NCBI RefSeq assembly: GCF_035084215.1
Contig: NC_090370.1
Coordinates: 7,564,001 to 7,628,000, forward strand
Direction: 5' to 3'
Length of the DNA: 64,000 nt
DNA from: Heptranchias perlo
Taxonomy: Eukaryota
Positions 36,911 to 49,129 of this stretch are shown here, one piece after another. Below the pieces are notes generated by a model. The model made no database searches and was not told where the DNA came from. It worked only from the letters and a program-made list of their open reading frames with translations. The translations under genes and the position numbers were made by a program. How positions within the stretch are numbered: position 1 is the stretch's first letter; each line of letters starts with the position of its first letter.

Positions 36911-37300
36911 AAGACTTATATTTATATAGTACCTTTTACAACCTAAGGACAACCAATTAAGTGCTTTTTTTTCGAAGTGTAGTCACTGTTGTAATGTAGG
37001 AAACATGGAGGCCAATTTGTGCACAGCAAGGTCCCACAAACAGCAATGTGATAATGACCAGATAATCTGTTTTAGTGATGTTGGTTGAGGGATAAATATT
37101 GGCCAGGGTACCAGAGAGAACTCCCCTGCTCTTCTTCAAGATAGTGTCATGGGATTTTTTTTTACATCCACCTGAGAGGGCAGACGGGGCCTGAGTTTGA
37201 CGTCTCATCCGAAAGACGGCACCTCCGACAGTGCAGCACTCCCTCAGTACTGCACTGGGAGTGTCAACCGAGACTCAAGTTGTTGGAGTGGGTTGAACCC
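36911..37300 (-). mobile_element. Deu-type SINE (SacSINE1/AmnSINE1-like)
   Basis: Reverse-complement match to 52430-52730. Confidence 0.8.
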
Positions 37301-37714
37301 ATGGGTTATAGAGATACTATTAGTGATGCTCGATCATTTTTCAGGGAGTTAGGGAAAGGAACGTAGCGGGCCCGATAATGCACTCCTGGCACGGTGGCAT
37401 GAGGGAGTGCCAGCGTATTGGGTGCTGGCCGTGCCTGTGTCAAAATGAATTGACCTCGTACAATACTGCAATGTTAGCTCATTTAAATATTTTAGTGGTG
37501 TTCCTGGCATATAGTGCATGATACACCGGGATTACCATGGCACCAGACCGTATGCTGCCAACAATGGAAGGGCTGCCCGTATGACGTCACCTTTTTTTAA
37601 AAAAATGAGGTGGGGCACAGAGTCATTGCTGAATATTTGGCCATTGGCAGCCTCGTAAAAGGTGGAGCTCCTTTACCAAATAGAGAACCACTCCTTTTGT
37701 ACCCATTCAAGTAT

Positions 37715-37880
37715 GATTGCACCTCACAAGTAGTAGATTCACTGCAGGATGGCTCTCAGCTCCAAAAGAGATGATTGTTCTTTCCAGGACCTCCTGCAGC
37801 AGTTCAACTTCAGTGACTTGCTCCAACCCATTTCTCCTCCGGGGCAGCATTAACGACAAGCAGCAGCTCTTTAAGAGCTG
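37715..37880 (-). pseudogene. possible highly degraded Harbinger Myb/SANT exon 1 fragment
   Basis: TEVELLQEVLERTIISFGA resembles the first SANT helix of the other copies and is preceded by a ttaaag box. Confidence 0.25.
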
Positions 37881-38019
37881 CTGTGCCCCAATATCCCGCC
37901 CCTGAGCTGCACATGTTCCCATCATGTCATGCCCTAAGGCTATGTAAATGAGCTCATCTCGCATTGTGGTACACAGTCAGCTTTGTTCAGCGCAGGTAGA
38001 CGGACTCCGTTACTGACCC

Positions 38020-38775
38020 CATCAATCTAGGCTGACGCTCCAGTGCAGTACTGAGGGAGTGCTACATTATTGGAGCTGCTGTCTTTCAGATGAGATGTTA
38101 AACTAGGGTTGCCAACTCTGGTTGGACATATTCCTGGAGGTGTCATCACATGACCTCCTGCCTCCAACTGCCCCGCCCCCACACTCTTGCCATTGGTCGT
38201 CCAACATATCCATCCTCGCGATGCCTTGCTTTCCAACACCAATTGGAAAGCGAATAGACTCTTCGTTACCCGATTGACTGACAGTTAAGAATCATCCAAT
38301 CAGCCTTTTTCCCATATTTTTACGACTAATAAACAAAAGAGTTCAAAGAGCATTTTTTAAAACCCATAATTTTTAATGCCTCTGTGATTTTTCTCCCGGG
38401 TTCTGTTCGCAGCAGTGTCCTGGAGATTAATCTTCAATTCCTGGAGACTCCAGGGCAATCCTGGAGGGTTGGCGACCCTATGTTAAACGGAAGCCCCCAC
38501 CTGCCTGCTCCAGCAGCGCACATGGACATTAAGGATCTCCTGACACTATTTGAAGAGGAGCAGAGAGTTCTCTCAATGCTCAAAATTCCTCCCTCAAGGA
38601 GCACCTTCAAAAAAAAATAGGTTAACTGGTCGCCCGTCTCTTTGCTGTACGTGGGGCATTGCTAGTGCAGAATGGCTGCCAGGGTTACCGACATAACAAC
38701 AGTCACTGCACTTGAGAAGTAATTCATTGTGTGGAGTCCTTTGAGATGTTTCTACGTGATACGCCATTCTACACT
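38020..38775 (+). mobile_element. Deu-type SINE interrupted by a hAT MITE
   Basis: ccagtgcagtactgagggagtgc...tcagatgagatgttaaac continues after 38488 with the Deu-domain sequence. Confidence 0.75.
38104..38480. mobile_element. non-autonomous hAT element (MITE)
   Basis: TIRs tagggttgccaac and gttggcgacccta; 8-bp TSD tgttaaac at 38096-38103 and 38481-38488. Confidence 0.9.
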
Positions 38776-39345
38776 GGCTGTAGTTATTGTGTAAGAGTTG
38801 GGCAGCTGCACTAGTGTGAGGTTTCCTCCGAGAGCAGGTTTCGCCACTGCTTGCGACTCGGGCGACTTCACCCCTAGATTACATCGCACGGTTCACATTG
38901 ATGCAGACCTTGCAGTTTAACTGGAGAGCAAGAACGGGTGACAAACCATCATCTGGTGTACAGAGGAGTCTGTGGCGACCATAGTTATATATTCATCACA
39001 TAGTTCAAACTGCTTGTTTGAAGTAGCTCCATATTTACTGCCTTTCCAACCAATAAAAGCTTGAAGGGACAAGAATTCATCTATTGAATGGTAAAATATT
39101 TGTGGATATGTAATAAAAAAGCCTTTTGATGAATTTGTAAAGGAACTGGAAATCTGACTAAGTGATTAGTACATGCTACTACAAGGGCTGGTTCAGAATC
39201 TAAATTCCAATGGATTGATTAATCTGGGGTTCTTATGAAAAGCTCCAAATCTCTCTCTTGCACCCTACAATGCTGGAGGCATACTAGTGTCAAACCTCAC
39301 CCAGCTCCAACTGCAGGATTTTCACTGAGACACTTACGCCCACAG

Positions 39346-40028
39346 TTTTTTTTTCATAAAATATACTTTATTCATAAAATTTGTAGCAATACATACAATC
39401 CAGTTGTCATATCACATTCCAAACGTACACAATACAGATTATACAATTTGCAGGTTACATTAAGTACAGTTCAATGAACACATTGTACATAATTACAGTT
39501 CATGACACTCTAGGGTGCATCATTGCATTACACTCAATACAGATTATTGATTACAGATTCATTACAGGTACATTACATCAATTTGAATTTTACATTCTGC
39601 CCGGGGGGGTTTTTCCCTGATTGCAGCCCCTCGGTATACAATGGCGGGAAGGCTCTAAATGGTTGCCTTTCCCCACAGAGCCTTTGCGGCGGCCGCACCC
39701 AGCTTCAGTGCGTCCCTGAGCACGTAGTCCTGGACCTTGGAATGTGCCAGTCAGCAACACTCGGTCGAGGACAGCTCCTTGCATTGGAAGACCAGCAAGT
39801 TTCGGGCAGACCAAAGGGCGTCTTTCACCGAGTTAATGGTCTTCCAGCAGCAGTTGATGTCTGTCTCGGTGTGCGTCCCCGGGAACAGCCCGTAGAGCAC
39901 AGAGTCCTGTGTTACGGAACTGCTCGGGACGAACCTGGACAGATACCACTGCATCTCTCTCCAGACCTTCCTTGCAAAGGCACATTCCAGAAGGAGATGG
40001 GTGACGGTCTCGTCTCCACCGCAGCCTC
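39346..40028 (-). mobile_element. Tx1/L1-clade LINE 3' fragment
   Basis: CGGDETVTHLLLECAFARKVW (end of a CCHC knuckle)...KDALWSARN, then a 3' UTR, AATAAA and poly(A). Possible short TSD cacag. Confidence 0.85.
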
Positions 40029-41059
40029 ACACAGTATACACATGGGTAGTACCAGATTGTGTCTTTCATCAGCTCTGTTCTCCAGTGTTAAAAGGGAAAG
40101 TCAATGTGGAGATGCACCTTTAGCTCACTGCAGTTGGCAGGGTGGGTTTTGGGGGGGTGGGGGGTTGGGTCTGGTGCTGGTTGCCTTAGAACCATTTGTG
40201 CCCATGTCTGCCTCCTAAGAATGTTTACTGAGCAGTAGTGTCATGCTACAGAATCACTACATCTTGGGATGTTGGTGGTGAGGGAACGGAGTTTGTGGCG
40301 GGGGACCGAAGACAATGGCTTCGGTCTTCCCAATGTTTAATCGGAGGGAATTTCTGCTAATCCAGTACTGGATGTCGGACAAGCAGATCGGAGGCAGAGT
40401 ATTCAATGCTGTATAGAGCTCCAATGGTTTACCCGAAGAACCCAAGGCTAACGAGTACTTGTCCAACAATTTATCAAATTTGGTTTTAAACATAAACAGC
40501 AAAACGCTTACCATTGAGGGCTGATATCACTGCAAAGAAAGCCAGTTTCAAAGGCACTCAAACACGTGAAGACCATCAGATGTGCGCGTAACTAAGCCAA
40601 AAAAATTGCTCTTGGTATAAGGATGGGCAGCAGATTCAGGGAGACTTCTCTCTCATAGGGCTGACCAGTCTTGTTCGTTTTCAGCGCACTCACTGTGATG
40701 CTAAAGTAAACACTGATATCATAGGAATAAATCTACTCAACGATTAGAAATATGACTGGAATATCAACAATAGAAACTGTCAACACTTCGCAGTCTCCTT
40801 TTGTGCTCCCACTTCCACTTCCCAATTTTTAAATGTAACTTTCATTTTGCTCTTTATTCCACCCATCCCAAAAAGCTGTCACTCCCCTTTCCTCTTCTAC
40901 TGCTGTTTTTCAAAAGGGGATTTTATTGGCCAGAAACCAGCTTCAAAAGGCAGTTTTCTCCCCAATTAAAAGTCCAGGTGCTGAAGATGGACATGGCTGG
41001 ATTATCATGCAACCAATCCTTGAAGTGTAAACCATTATACACATCCAGCAGGCCACGTG

Positions 41060-41468
41060 CCATAAGGAGGTAACCTGTACAGGAGGGGGGACAGTCTCCC
41101 ATAAGGAGGTAACCTGTACAGGAGGGGGGACAGTCTCCCATAAGGAGGTAACCTGTACAGGAGGGGGGACAGTCTCCCATAAGGTGGTAACCTGTACAGG
41201 AGGGGAGACAGTCTCCCATAAGGTGGTAACCTGTACAGGAGGGGGGACAGTCTCCCATAAGGAGGTAACCTGTACAGGAGGGGGGACAGTCTCCCATAAG
41301 GAGGTAACCTGTACAGGAGGGGGGACAGTCTCCCATAAGGAGGTAACCTGTACAGGAGGGGGGACAGTCTCCCATAAGGAGGTAACCTGTACAGGAGGGG
41401 GGACAGTCTCCCATAAGGAGGTAACCTGTACAGGAGGGGGGACAGTCTCCCATAAGGAGGTAACCTGT
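41060..41468. repeat. 39-bp minisatellite, about 10.5 copies
   Basis: Unit ccataaggaggtaacctgtacaggaggggggacagtctc with very few substitutions. Confidence 0.97.
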
Positions 41469-41696
41469 TCAGATTCACAGATGCTGCTTCGCAATCTTCC
41501 CCATCACAACCCGAGAACACTCCGTGGTGGGAATCTAGCCTCAGATGTCAAAGGATAGATATGCTTGTAGACATTTCAATCGTGTTCAACTGTATGTGTA
41601 AGGACGTAAGTACTTTGTTTTGCAGTACTGTGAAGGAGTTTTGCCAGAGCATGTTGTCTCTGTTGTCAACTGTTCTGCACATTTGAGTGACTGGGC

Positions 41697-41876
41697 CACA
41701 CACCCTTACACACCACACATGTACACACCACACACACCACACGCACACACATATGTACCATACACATACACACCACACATATACACACCACATGCACATA
41801 CATACCACACACACATACGCACCACACATATACACACCACACGCACATACCAACCACACACACACACCACGCACAC
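41697..41876. repeat. CA-rich low-complexity repeat
   Basis: Degenerate (acaccacac/atac)n. Confidence 0.9.
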
Positions 41877-42220
41877 TGGAGCTCTGGAGTGAAGACAGAC
41901 TGTGATGGTCTGATTCAATTTTCTGGATGACCAGATGGATTTGAGAGATGATAGTTAACTCAGATTTAAAAATCAGAGGGAGTAGATGGAAATTTTGCTG
42001 CCCGATGTGCAACTGAGCAAGACATAGCAGCAAGATCCCAGGATCACTCTACGATCAATGCCAAGTTAACTCATCTCAGCTGGGGTGGCCGTCAGAACGC
42101 TATTGTTGGGCTCAACTGCTTATGTCATGAACCTCGGGCGAGGGAGGGGATAAGCAGCTCCCACACCTGCTCACTCTCCATTGGCGTCCTGCTGGAAAGT
42201 GGACCTGCGTGGACATCAGA

Positions 42221-42312
42221 GGGGGAAGACTTCCTCGGTGCACTCAGTGCAGCGAATCGTAACCGCGTTCTCCAGTTTCACTACAACTAGTGCGCTGAGG
42301 AATTCTTCCCCA
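42221..42312. mobile_element. 92-bp mini-MITE with a 3-bp TSD (PIF/Harbinger-type)
   Basis: ggggaagacttcctcggtgcact and agtgcgctgaggaattcttcccc termini; AGA on both sides. Removing it restores ggacatcagatgaggacc of the host SINE. Confidence 0.8.
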
Positions 42313-42444
42313 AGATGAGGACCAGGTCAGGCTTGGCTGCAGTGCACTCATAGTCAAATAGCCTGCAGTTACACACTCCCTAGGCCCACACATGCAGCAG
42401 GACCATGTTGGCAGAGTACTGCAGGTGAAACTGTATCCCTGTTT

Positions 42445-42645
42445 CTTTTAATTCATTCTCAGAATATGGGCGTCGTTGGCAAGAAAGGCATTTATTGCCC
42501 CTCCCTTGTCATCCTGACTGAGTGGTTTGCCAGATCACTTCAGAGGACAGATAAGAGTCAATTATGTTGGCATGGGACTGTGGGTCACATATAGGCCAGG
42601 CCATGTTAAGACGGCAGGTTTCCTACCCTAAAGGACATTAGTGAA
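42445..42645 (-). mobile_element. SINE 3' fragment of a third family, with A-rich tail
   Basis: Reverse complement ttcactaatgtcctttagggtaggaaacctgccgtc...gggcaataaatgcc...gaatgaattaaaaag; related to 21690-21770. Confidence 0.6.
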
Positions 42646-42967
42646 GAGTCAGTGGCCTCAAGAGAGGAGGGGATTAAAAAAACCACAGCTCAGTGAAAAT
42701 GTTAGTTCAGTAAAATAAATGTGGGTTGTAGGTAGCAGATGTGAATTTGTAAATATTTTTACTCAGGGAGTGGTTTAACCTTTTATACCAGTGAGTAGAT
42801 GAGTCATTAGGATAGAATTCCTTTCTAGTCTGAAGGACAGGTACATCTATGACTTCAATCTGTACTCAGTGATTGAAATTGCCTGAAGCCTTGCACAGAA
42901 TTTTTGTGAATACAACACCCTCTTAAGCTTCATATTAGGCCAAGGGTTTTTTAAAGAAAGGAAGAAC

Positions 42968-43417
42968 GAACCAGCATTTCTACAGTGACTTTCACGACCT
43001 CAGGACGTCTCAAAGCTCTTTACAGCCAATGAAGTACCCTTTGAAATGTAGTCACTGTTGTAATGTAGGAAACATGACAGCCAATTTGCGCACAGCAAGA
43101 TCCCACAAACAGCAATGTGATAATGACCAGACCATCTGTTTTAGTGATGTCGGTTGAGGGTTAAATATTGGCCAGGACACCAGGGAGATCTCCCCTGCTC
43201 TTCTTCAAAATAGTGCCATGGGATCTTTTACATCCACCTGAGAGGGTAGACGGGGCTTTGGTTTAACGTCTCATCCCAAAGGCAGCACCTCCGACAGTGC
43301 AGCACTCCCTCAGTGCAGCACTGGGAGTGTCAGCCTGGATTTTGTGCTCAGGTCTCTGGAGTGGGACTTGAACCCACAACCTTCTGACTCAGATGGGAGT
43401 GTGCTATCCACAGGCTG
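42968..43417 (-). mobile_element. Deu-type SINE, near full length
   Basis: B box gggttcaagtccc, Deu-like core and L2-like 3' tail; matches 52339-52789. Confidence 0.85.
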
Positions 43418-44084
43418 ATGCTTGAGGGTAGAACTCTCCAGTTGTTGCCTCAACAAAGTGCCCTAACCACCTTTGAAATGCACTCTCTACTACACCAGTG
43501 TTACATTCCCATTCCCCACACTATTGGCCTCTGTAAGATAGTCAATATAAGATGCTTTTACATTGTGCCAGAGTTGCTGGGTTCACCAAGCATGGATCTG
43601 GCATGGCTGGCTACAAGCCCAATATAAACAGCTGGCACTCACCAAAATCAGCTGCCTGGAAGAGCCGCAATTTAAAATGAACTTAGGGTTATTTAATGAT
43701 GAATGATGAACACCTTGTGGTGTGGATTCACCAAGAAAAGGATTGTTTCTGAGCAAACTCCTTTTACTTTGGGCTGTAATAGTCGGCGGAGAGAAAAAAC
43801 TGGGTTGGATTCAGGCCCAGGTCCCAGGGGTGAAGACTGTAGGGTTTATTTTCAAATTGCTGAACGCCAAGGTACTTTTGACAGTAAATAAGTGGTATTC
43901 ATTTAACAGCTAAACAAAGAGACTGCCATTTCTGACTAATGCTTGGTGCTAGACTCATTGTCTGGCATTCCATATGAAGAACAGCCTCCTGGAAGGTTGT
44001 TGGTGCCTGTCGAAACATACGGCAACATAGGTTCAGGAGAGGGGGGAATAGAACTAGGGGTGCAGATGATTACGAATTATGGAG

Positions 44085-44736
44085 ACGAGACTGGGAACTG
44101 GAGAGAGGAGAGCAGGAGAGGAGGAACTGGAAAGAGGAGAGAGGAGAGGGGGAACTGGAGAGAGGAGAGAGGAGAGGGGGGAACTGGAGCGAGGAGAGCA
44201 GGAGAGGGGAAATTGGAGAGAGGAGAGGGGGAACTGCATAGAGGAGAGGGGGAACTGCAGAGAGGAGAGCAGGAGAGGGGGAACTGGAGAGAGGAGAGGG
44301 GGGAATTGGAGAGAGGAGAGGGGGACTGGGGAGAGGAGAGCAGGAGGGGAGGAATTGGAGAGAGGAGAGGGGGACTGGGGAGAGGAGAGCAGGAGGGGAG
44401 GAATTGGAGAGAGGAGAGGGGGACTGGGGAGAGGAGAGCAGGAGGGGAGGAATTGGAGAGAGGAGAGCAGGAGAGGGGGGAATTGGAGAGAGGAGAGGGG
44501 GAACTGGAGAGAGGAGAGCAGGAGGGGAGGAATTGGAGAGAGGAGAGCAGGAGGGGGGAATTGGAGAGAGGAGAGGGGGAACTGGAGAGAGGAGAGCAGG
44601 AGGGGAGGAATTGGAGAGAGGAGAGGGGGAACTGGAGAGAGGAGAGCAGGAAGGGGGGAATTGGAGAGAGGAGAGCAGGAGAGGGAGAACTGGAGAGAGG
44701 AGAGAGGAGAGCAGGAGAGGGAGAACTGGAGAGAGG
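44085..44736. repeat. polypurine minisatellite
   Basis: Variable units gagaggagag(cagga)ggggga(a)(c/t)tgga, almost all purines on the + strand. Confidence 0.95.
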
Positions 44737-44743
44737 ACAGCAT

Positions 44744-47700
44744 AGGTCCCAGTCCGCAGTTAGTTGGGTTCACACATGGTGAGTTATCACACATGTGAGC
44801 ACGAGCAGACACTGGTGGCAGGGGCAGCTGTGGAGAGTCCGCATCGGTGGGAGCACTCTTCTCCAGGCTCTGCTCAGCTGGACACAGATGCTGAACCCTG
44901 GGGGCCATCCTTTAAAAGGAGAATGATCGAGGGGCAGCAGCACATTTGCAAGGTGCTGGAACAGGTGCCACGCGCACTCTCCACAATCGAGCAGAGGATG
45001 GAGGAGTCCAACTCCTGCATGAGTGGAATGGTGGCACAGGTACGGGAGGGAATCTCTGAGATACTGTCACAGGGACGTGAGGGCACGTCTGAGATAGTGT
45101 CGCGGGTAAGTGTGGGAATGTCTGCGATGGAGGGAAGGCTGGCCTCCATGGAGCTTCGAGCATGGCTCACAAATGAGTCCATTGAGGCCCTGACAACGGC
45201 CGTTCAGACTCAGGGTGAACAACATTCTGCCGCCTTAAACAGGCAGACAGATACACTAGCACTGCCCTTACAAGGCTTCACACATGTCCTCCAAACTGTC
45301 GTCCAGCAGAGTGGTAGGAGTGGTGTGGGGCAGCAGCACATTGGCCCAGGAGAGGGATGTTGGCGAAAGGGGACATGGAAGTGGGGATGCCACTCAAAGC
45401 ACCCTCACATCTCACCCATTGCCCCCCCCCCCCTCAACCAGTACCCACAATGCTGCCTCCTCTCCAGGTGATCGATTCTGCCCCTGCACAGATGCAGGTG
45501 AAGCAGTCTGTGGAGGGGCCCTCACGGGCACCGAAACCCAGAGGGCGTCGGCCCAAAGCATCTAATCAGTCAGGGCATGAACAAGAGCAACCTGCCACTA
45601 CCTCTGCTGCAGCCACAGGGGATGCACCACGTAGAAGTAGTCGGAAGCGAAAGGTGAAGGTTTTGTAAGCACAAAGGGGATGCACAAGGGTGTTTGACGG
45701 TTGGTCAAGTTTTTTATTTATGTTTGCTTTTTGTTAAACGCACATTAAATATTGTTATTATTGTCACCACTACTGCCACGTCTTGGCCATGCTTGACTGG
45801 CTTCTGTAATAAGGCCCTTTCATGAGGTTCACCATGAACGACCACACTTGATTCACTCTACAGTGGGTGTATGTGTCGTTGCAGGACTGTTTTGTGCAGG
45901 GGGCGGGGGTGGGCACTGGTGTGGCCGCTGCTCTGTCCAGGTGCTGAGGACTGGACTCTTCACACTGTCTGATGTTAGGAGAACCGTTCACCTTTCAGTG
46001 ACTCCCTGGCCTCATGAGCGGCCAGGTGAGCCGCTGTTCTGCCCATGGGTTGCTCCTGCTCCTCCTCCTCCTCCGCCTCCTCCTCCTCCGCCTCCGCCTC
46101 AGCCTCAGCCTCCTCCTCCTCCTCCTCCTTAATGTGGATGGGGCCTCCTCAAGCAGCACCCCTCTCTGTTATGCCATGTTATGCAGGGCACAACACACGA
46201 CTATAATGCGTCCCACTCTGTCTGGTGTGTATTGAAGTGCTCCCCCAGAATGATCAAGGCCCCTGAGGCGTATCTTGAGCAGCCCTGTAGCATGCTCAAT
46301 TGTAGACCAGGTGGCGATGTGGCTGTCGTTATATCGACACTGTTGCTCGGTGGTGGGGTTCCTCAGAGGTGTCATGAGCTGTGTGTGCAGGGGGTATCCC
46401 TTGTCCCCGAGGAGCCAGCCCTTGCGGGTGTTTGGTGTATGGAAGAGGGTCGGGATGTTTGACTCCCAGAGGATGAAGGAATCGTGGCAGCTGCCAGGGA
46501 ATCTGGCGCACACGTGAAGGAATCTCTTGCGGTGGTCACAAACGAGCTGAGTGTTGATGGAGTGATAGCCCTTCCTGTTGATGAACAGTCCTGGCTCATG
46601 TGGAGGTGCTCGTATTGCTATATGGGTGTAATCGATTACACCCTGCACCCGTGGGAAGCCAGCCACAGCGTGGAATCCCACTGCCCTCTCCGTCTGGCTG
46701 AGGTCGTCCATGGGGAAATTGACGTAGTGCAAGGCCCTGCGAAACAAGCCGTCGGTGACCTGTCTTATGCACTTGTGTGCAGACGACTGAGAGACCCCGG
46801 CGATGTCCCCGGCAGCACCCTGGAATGATTTGGAGACGAAGAAGATGAGGGCAGTGGTGACTTTGACAGCAACAGGTAAGGAGATGCTGCTCAGGCCAGC
46901 CGGGAGCAGCTCGGCATGAAGGAAGCTGCAGATGTCTGTGACTACCTGGCGACTGACTCTGAGCCTCCATATGCACTGCTCCTCAGAGAGGTCCAGGAAG
47001 CTGAGCCTCGGTCTGTAGACCCTGTGGTGAGGGTAGTGCCTCCTGTGACGTCGCTCTCTCTGTTGTTACCCTCTGTGCTCTTGTGCAGGTGCCTGTGGCG
47101 CAGCACTGTGTTGTGGAGCTCCACGTGGCGGAGGTGGACACCGTGCCTGGCGAGGCTGGTGATGCTGCTCGTCCTCAGATGAAGTGGTAAATGCAGCCAT
47201 GGTGCCCCCCATCCGGACGGGGTGAGTTTGAGGGGGTCCGCAAAGTGGGTAAATATGTTCACACAGCAGAGTTTTGGGTGGAAAGTAAGAATTTTGAGTG
47301 AAACCACAAAGGTTTTGCAGCCATAAATTTGTCTGAAGTGACAGAGTGCCCTGTTGCAATAAATGACGTTTTCTCCCCACCTGTCAAATAATCCTTCACA
47401 TCTCCCACTGGCTGCTGGCTGAAACACGTCTGTTGTAACAGGGAGTGTTTCCCACAGCACGGGAAACACGCTGAGGATCCTTCAAAATCACACCCCTGCC
47501 AAAATGTCTAGTCAATCAAATAGTTCAAGTACCTCAACTATCGGAGAAACTATGCAAATGATCATCCCGCCGGCTTTAATTGCCGGTGGGACTCCTGCAT
47601 TCAGGAGGCGCGCGTGGACCCGGACACATCACTGGGGAACCCGGAAGTCAGTGGATTGGAGCCGGGCTCCGAACCCACTCGGCATTTTAGCGATTTTCGG

Positions 47701-47751
47701 AGCCCCCCCCCGTCCCTAATGCACCCGCTCCGTCACCCGAAAATCGACCCT
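44744..47751. mobile_element. PIF/Harbinger copy D, left end lost
   Basis: Myb exon 3 (44744-45668, +), near-complete transposase (-) and right terminus gaaaatcgaccct. Confidence 0.92.
45975..47212 (-). pseudogene. Harbinger (HARBI1-like, DDE_Tnp_4) transposase pseudogene
   Basis: GFPRVQGVIDYTHI, NRKGYHSIN, PGSCHDS, WLLGDKGY, IEH and CCALHN motifs. One frame with stops at 47066-47068 and 46169-46171, and a frameshift before the acidic tail. Confidence 0.93.
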
Positions 47752-47984
47752 CAAGAGAGGGCAAACTGGAGAGGGGAAGCAGGAGACTATATAAATATAT
47801 ATCTTGTCACGTTCATCCCAATTCATGTTGCTAACTTGTTCTTTCAGGTACAGGACAGTATGGATTACAGTTTTAATTTTGCCCACATTCCTTAAGCCGC
47901 TCTGACTGTCTAGTTTGAGCAAGTTTTGTTTTCAAAGAATGTTCTTAAACAAAATTATCCCAAAATAGAATCAGTAAAAATCTC

Positions 47985-48180
47985 GCCTCATCCAAAAAGT
48001 TGTTGAGGCTGGGAGTCAATTGAAAATGTCAAAACTGATAGATTTTTGTAAGGCGAGGGTATCAAGGGTTAAGAAACCAAGACAGGTAGATGGAATTAAG
48101 ATACAGATCAGCCATTATCTAATTGAATGGCGGAGCAGGCTCGAGGGGCTGAATGGCCGACTCCTGTTCCTTTGTTTCTG
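47985..48180 (+). mobile_element. CR1 3' end fragment
   Basis: Matches 35750-35950. Confidence 0.8.
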
Positions 48181-49129
48181 TGAGTACCAGCAATTCTAAT
48201 GACACTACTGCTGCATACAGTGGAATCTCCATTATCCATACTCCAATTACCCAATTATCCACCAGAACTTTCATGCGATAAGCTTTGTGGGAGACAACCA
48301 CCAAAACCCAACCTCCTCCCATCTGACTCAACCTCACAGCTTAAGAAAGATTAAATTCAATTTATCTTACTTGTCAAAGGATGCTGACGGTATTGCTGGA
48401 TCATGCATGTCAGAAAATTATTCACTGGAGGCAGGGGCGTGGGGTCCATTATAATGGATAATACAAATTCTTGTCTTAGTTTCTTATTAGCCTTTAAAAT
48501 CATGCTTGGACAGGCAGTAATTACATCACCGATCATACAATTTTATTTTTAAAATCTTTGTTTTCACACACTAGTTATGTCCTTCATAGGTAACATGATG
48601 ATGTACAAGTGACAGAAACTAATTTCCATCCTGCTGCAAGTTATAAATTTGTGGCATTATGGGATTTTTCTTTTCTTTTATAACTTGAGTTATAGATAGG
48701 AAAATGTGAATGATTTTGTACTAACGAGGGGTTAAATGGAAAATGTCTTTCCTAGCGAGACCAGCGGCTACAAATGGGCTCCAGGTGTTTGTGAGAAAGC
48801 GGTCTGGATTGTTTGATCAGATAAAGGGAAACAGTGTTTGTATGAAGTGGGCTGATGCATTGTCTCCAGCATTCAGCAGCTGCTGGGTATTGTGAGGCCT
48901 GTACTATGAAGCTGCAAATGTGTCATGTTCGAGATGCCCTCATGGTTTTTGAATCTGCCTTGATTTACAATGTTGTATTAGAAGGTTTTTTAAAATGCTG
49001 TGATAAATACCACCAGCTGGCCAGTTCTGTAGTTCACATGTTTCAACCGGTCATCCACAGGGAATGAAGGTGATATGGTTCACATGTGACAGGAATGCAA
49101 GATGAAAGAAAAAGGCCATTATTTACTGG

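Larger units (their letters stand above)
41990..42680 (+). mobile_element. tRNA-derived SINE (unnamed family X) carrying two nested insertions
   Basis: Shares cctgctggaaagtg...tgaggac..gg..gggcttggctg...aatagcctgc blocks with 35953-36130, 57585-58040 and 62570-63190. Confidence 0.6.

Noticed and set aside
41060-41468. CRISPR-like appearance and Cys-rich ORFs of the 39-bp array
   Set aside because: Units are contiguous with no unique spacers, there are no cas genes, and the context is eukaryotic.
41548-42033. Cys/Val-rich and His/Thr-rich ORFs
   Set aside because: CA/TG low-complexity sequence.
43943-44908. Glu/Arg/Gly-rich and Pro/Leu/Ser-rich ORFs
   Set aside because: Translations of a polypurine minisatellite.
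45975-47212. Host HARBI1 gene
   Set aside because: Contains two stops and a frameshift, lies within a transposon terminus, and has related broken copies nearby.
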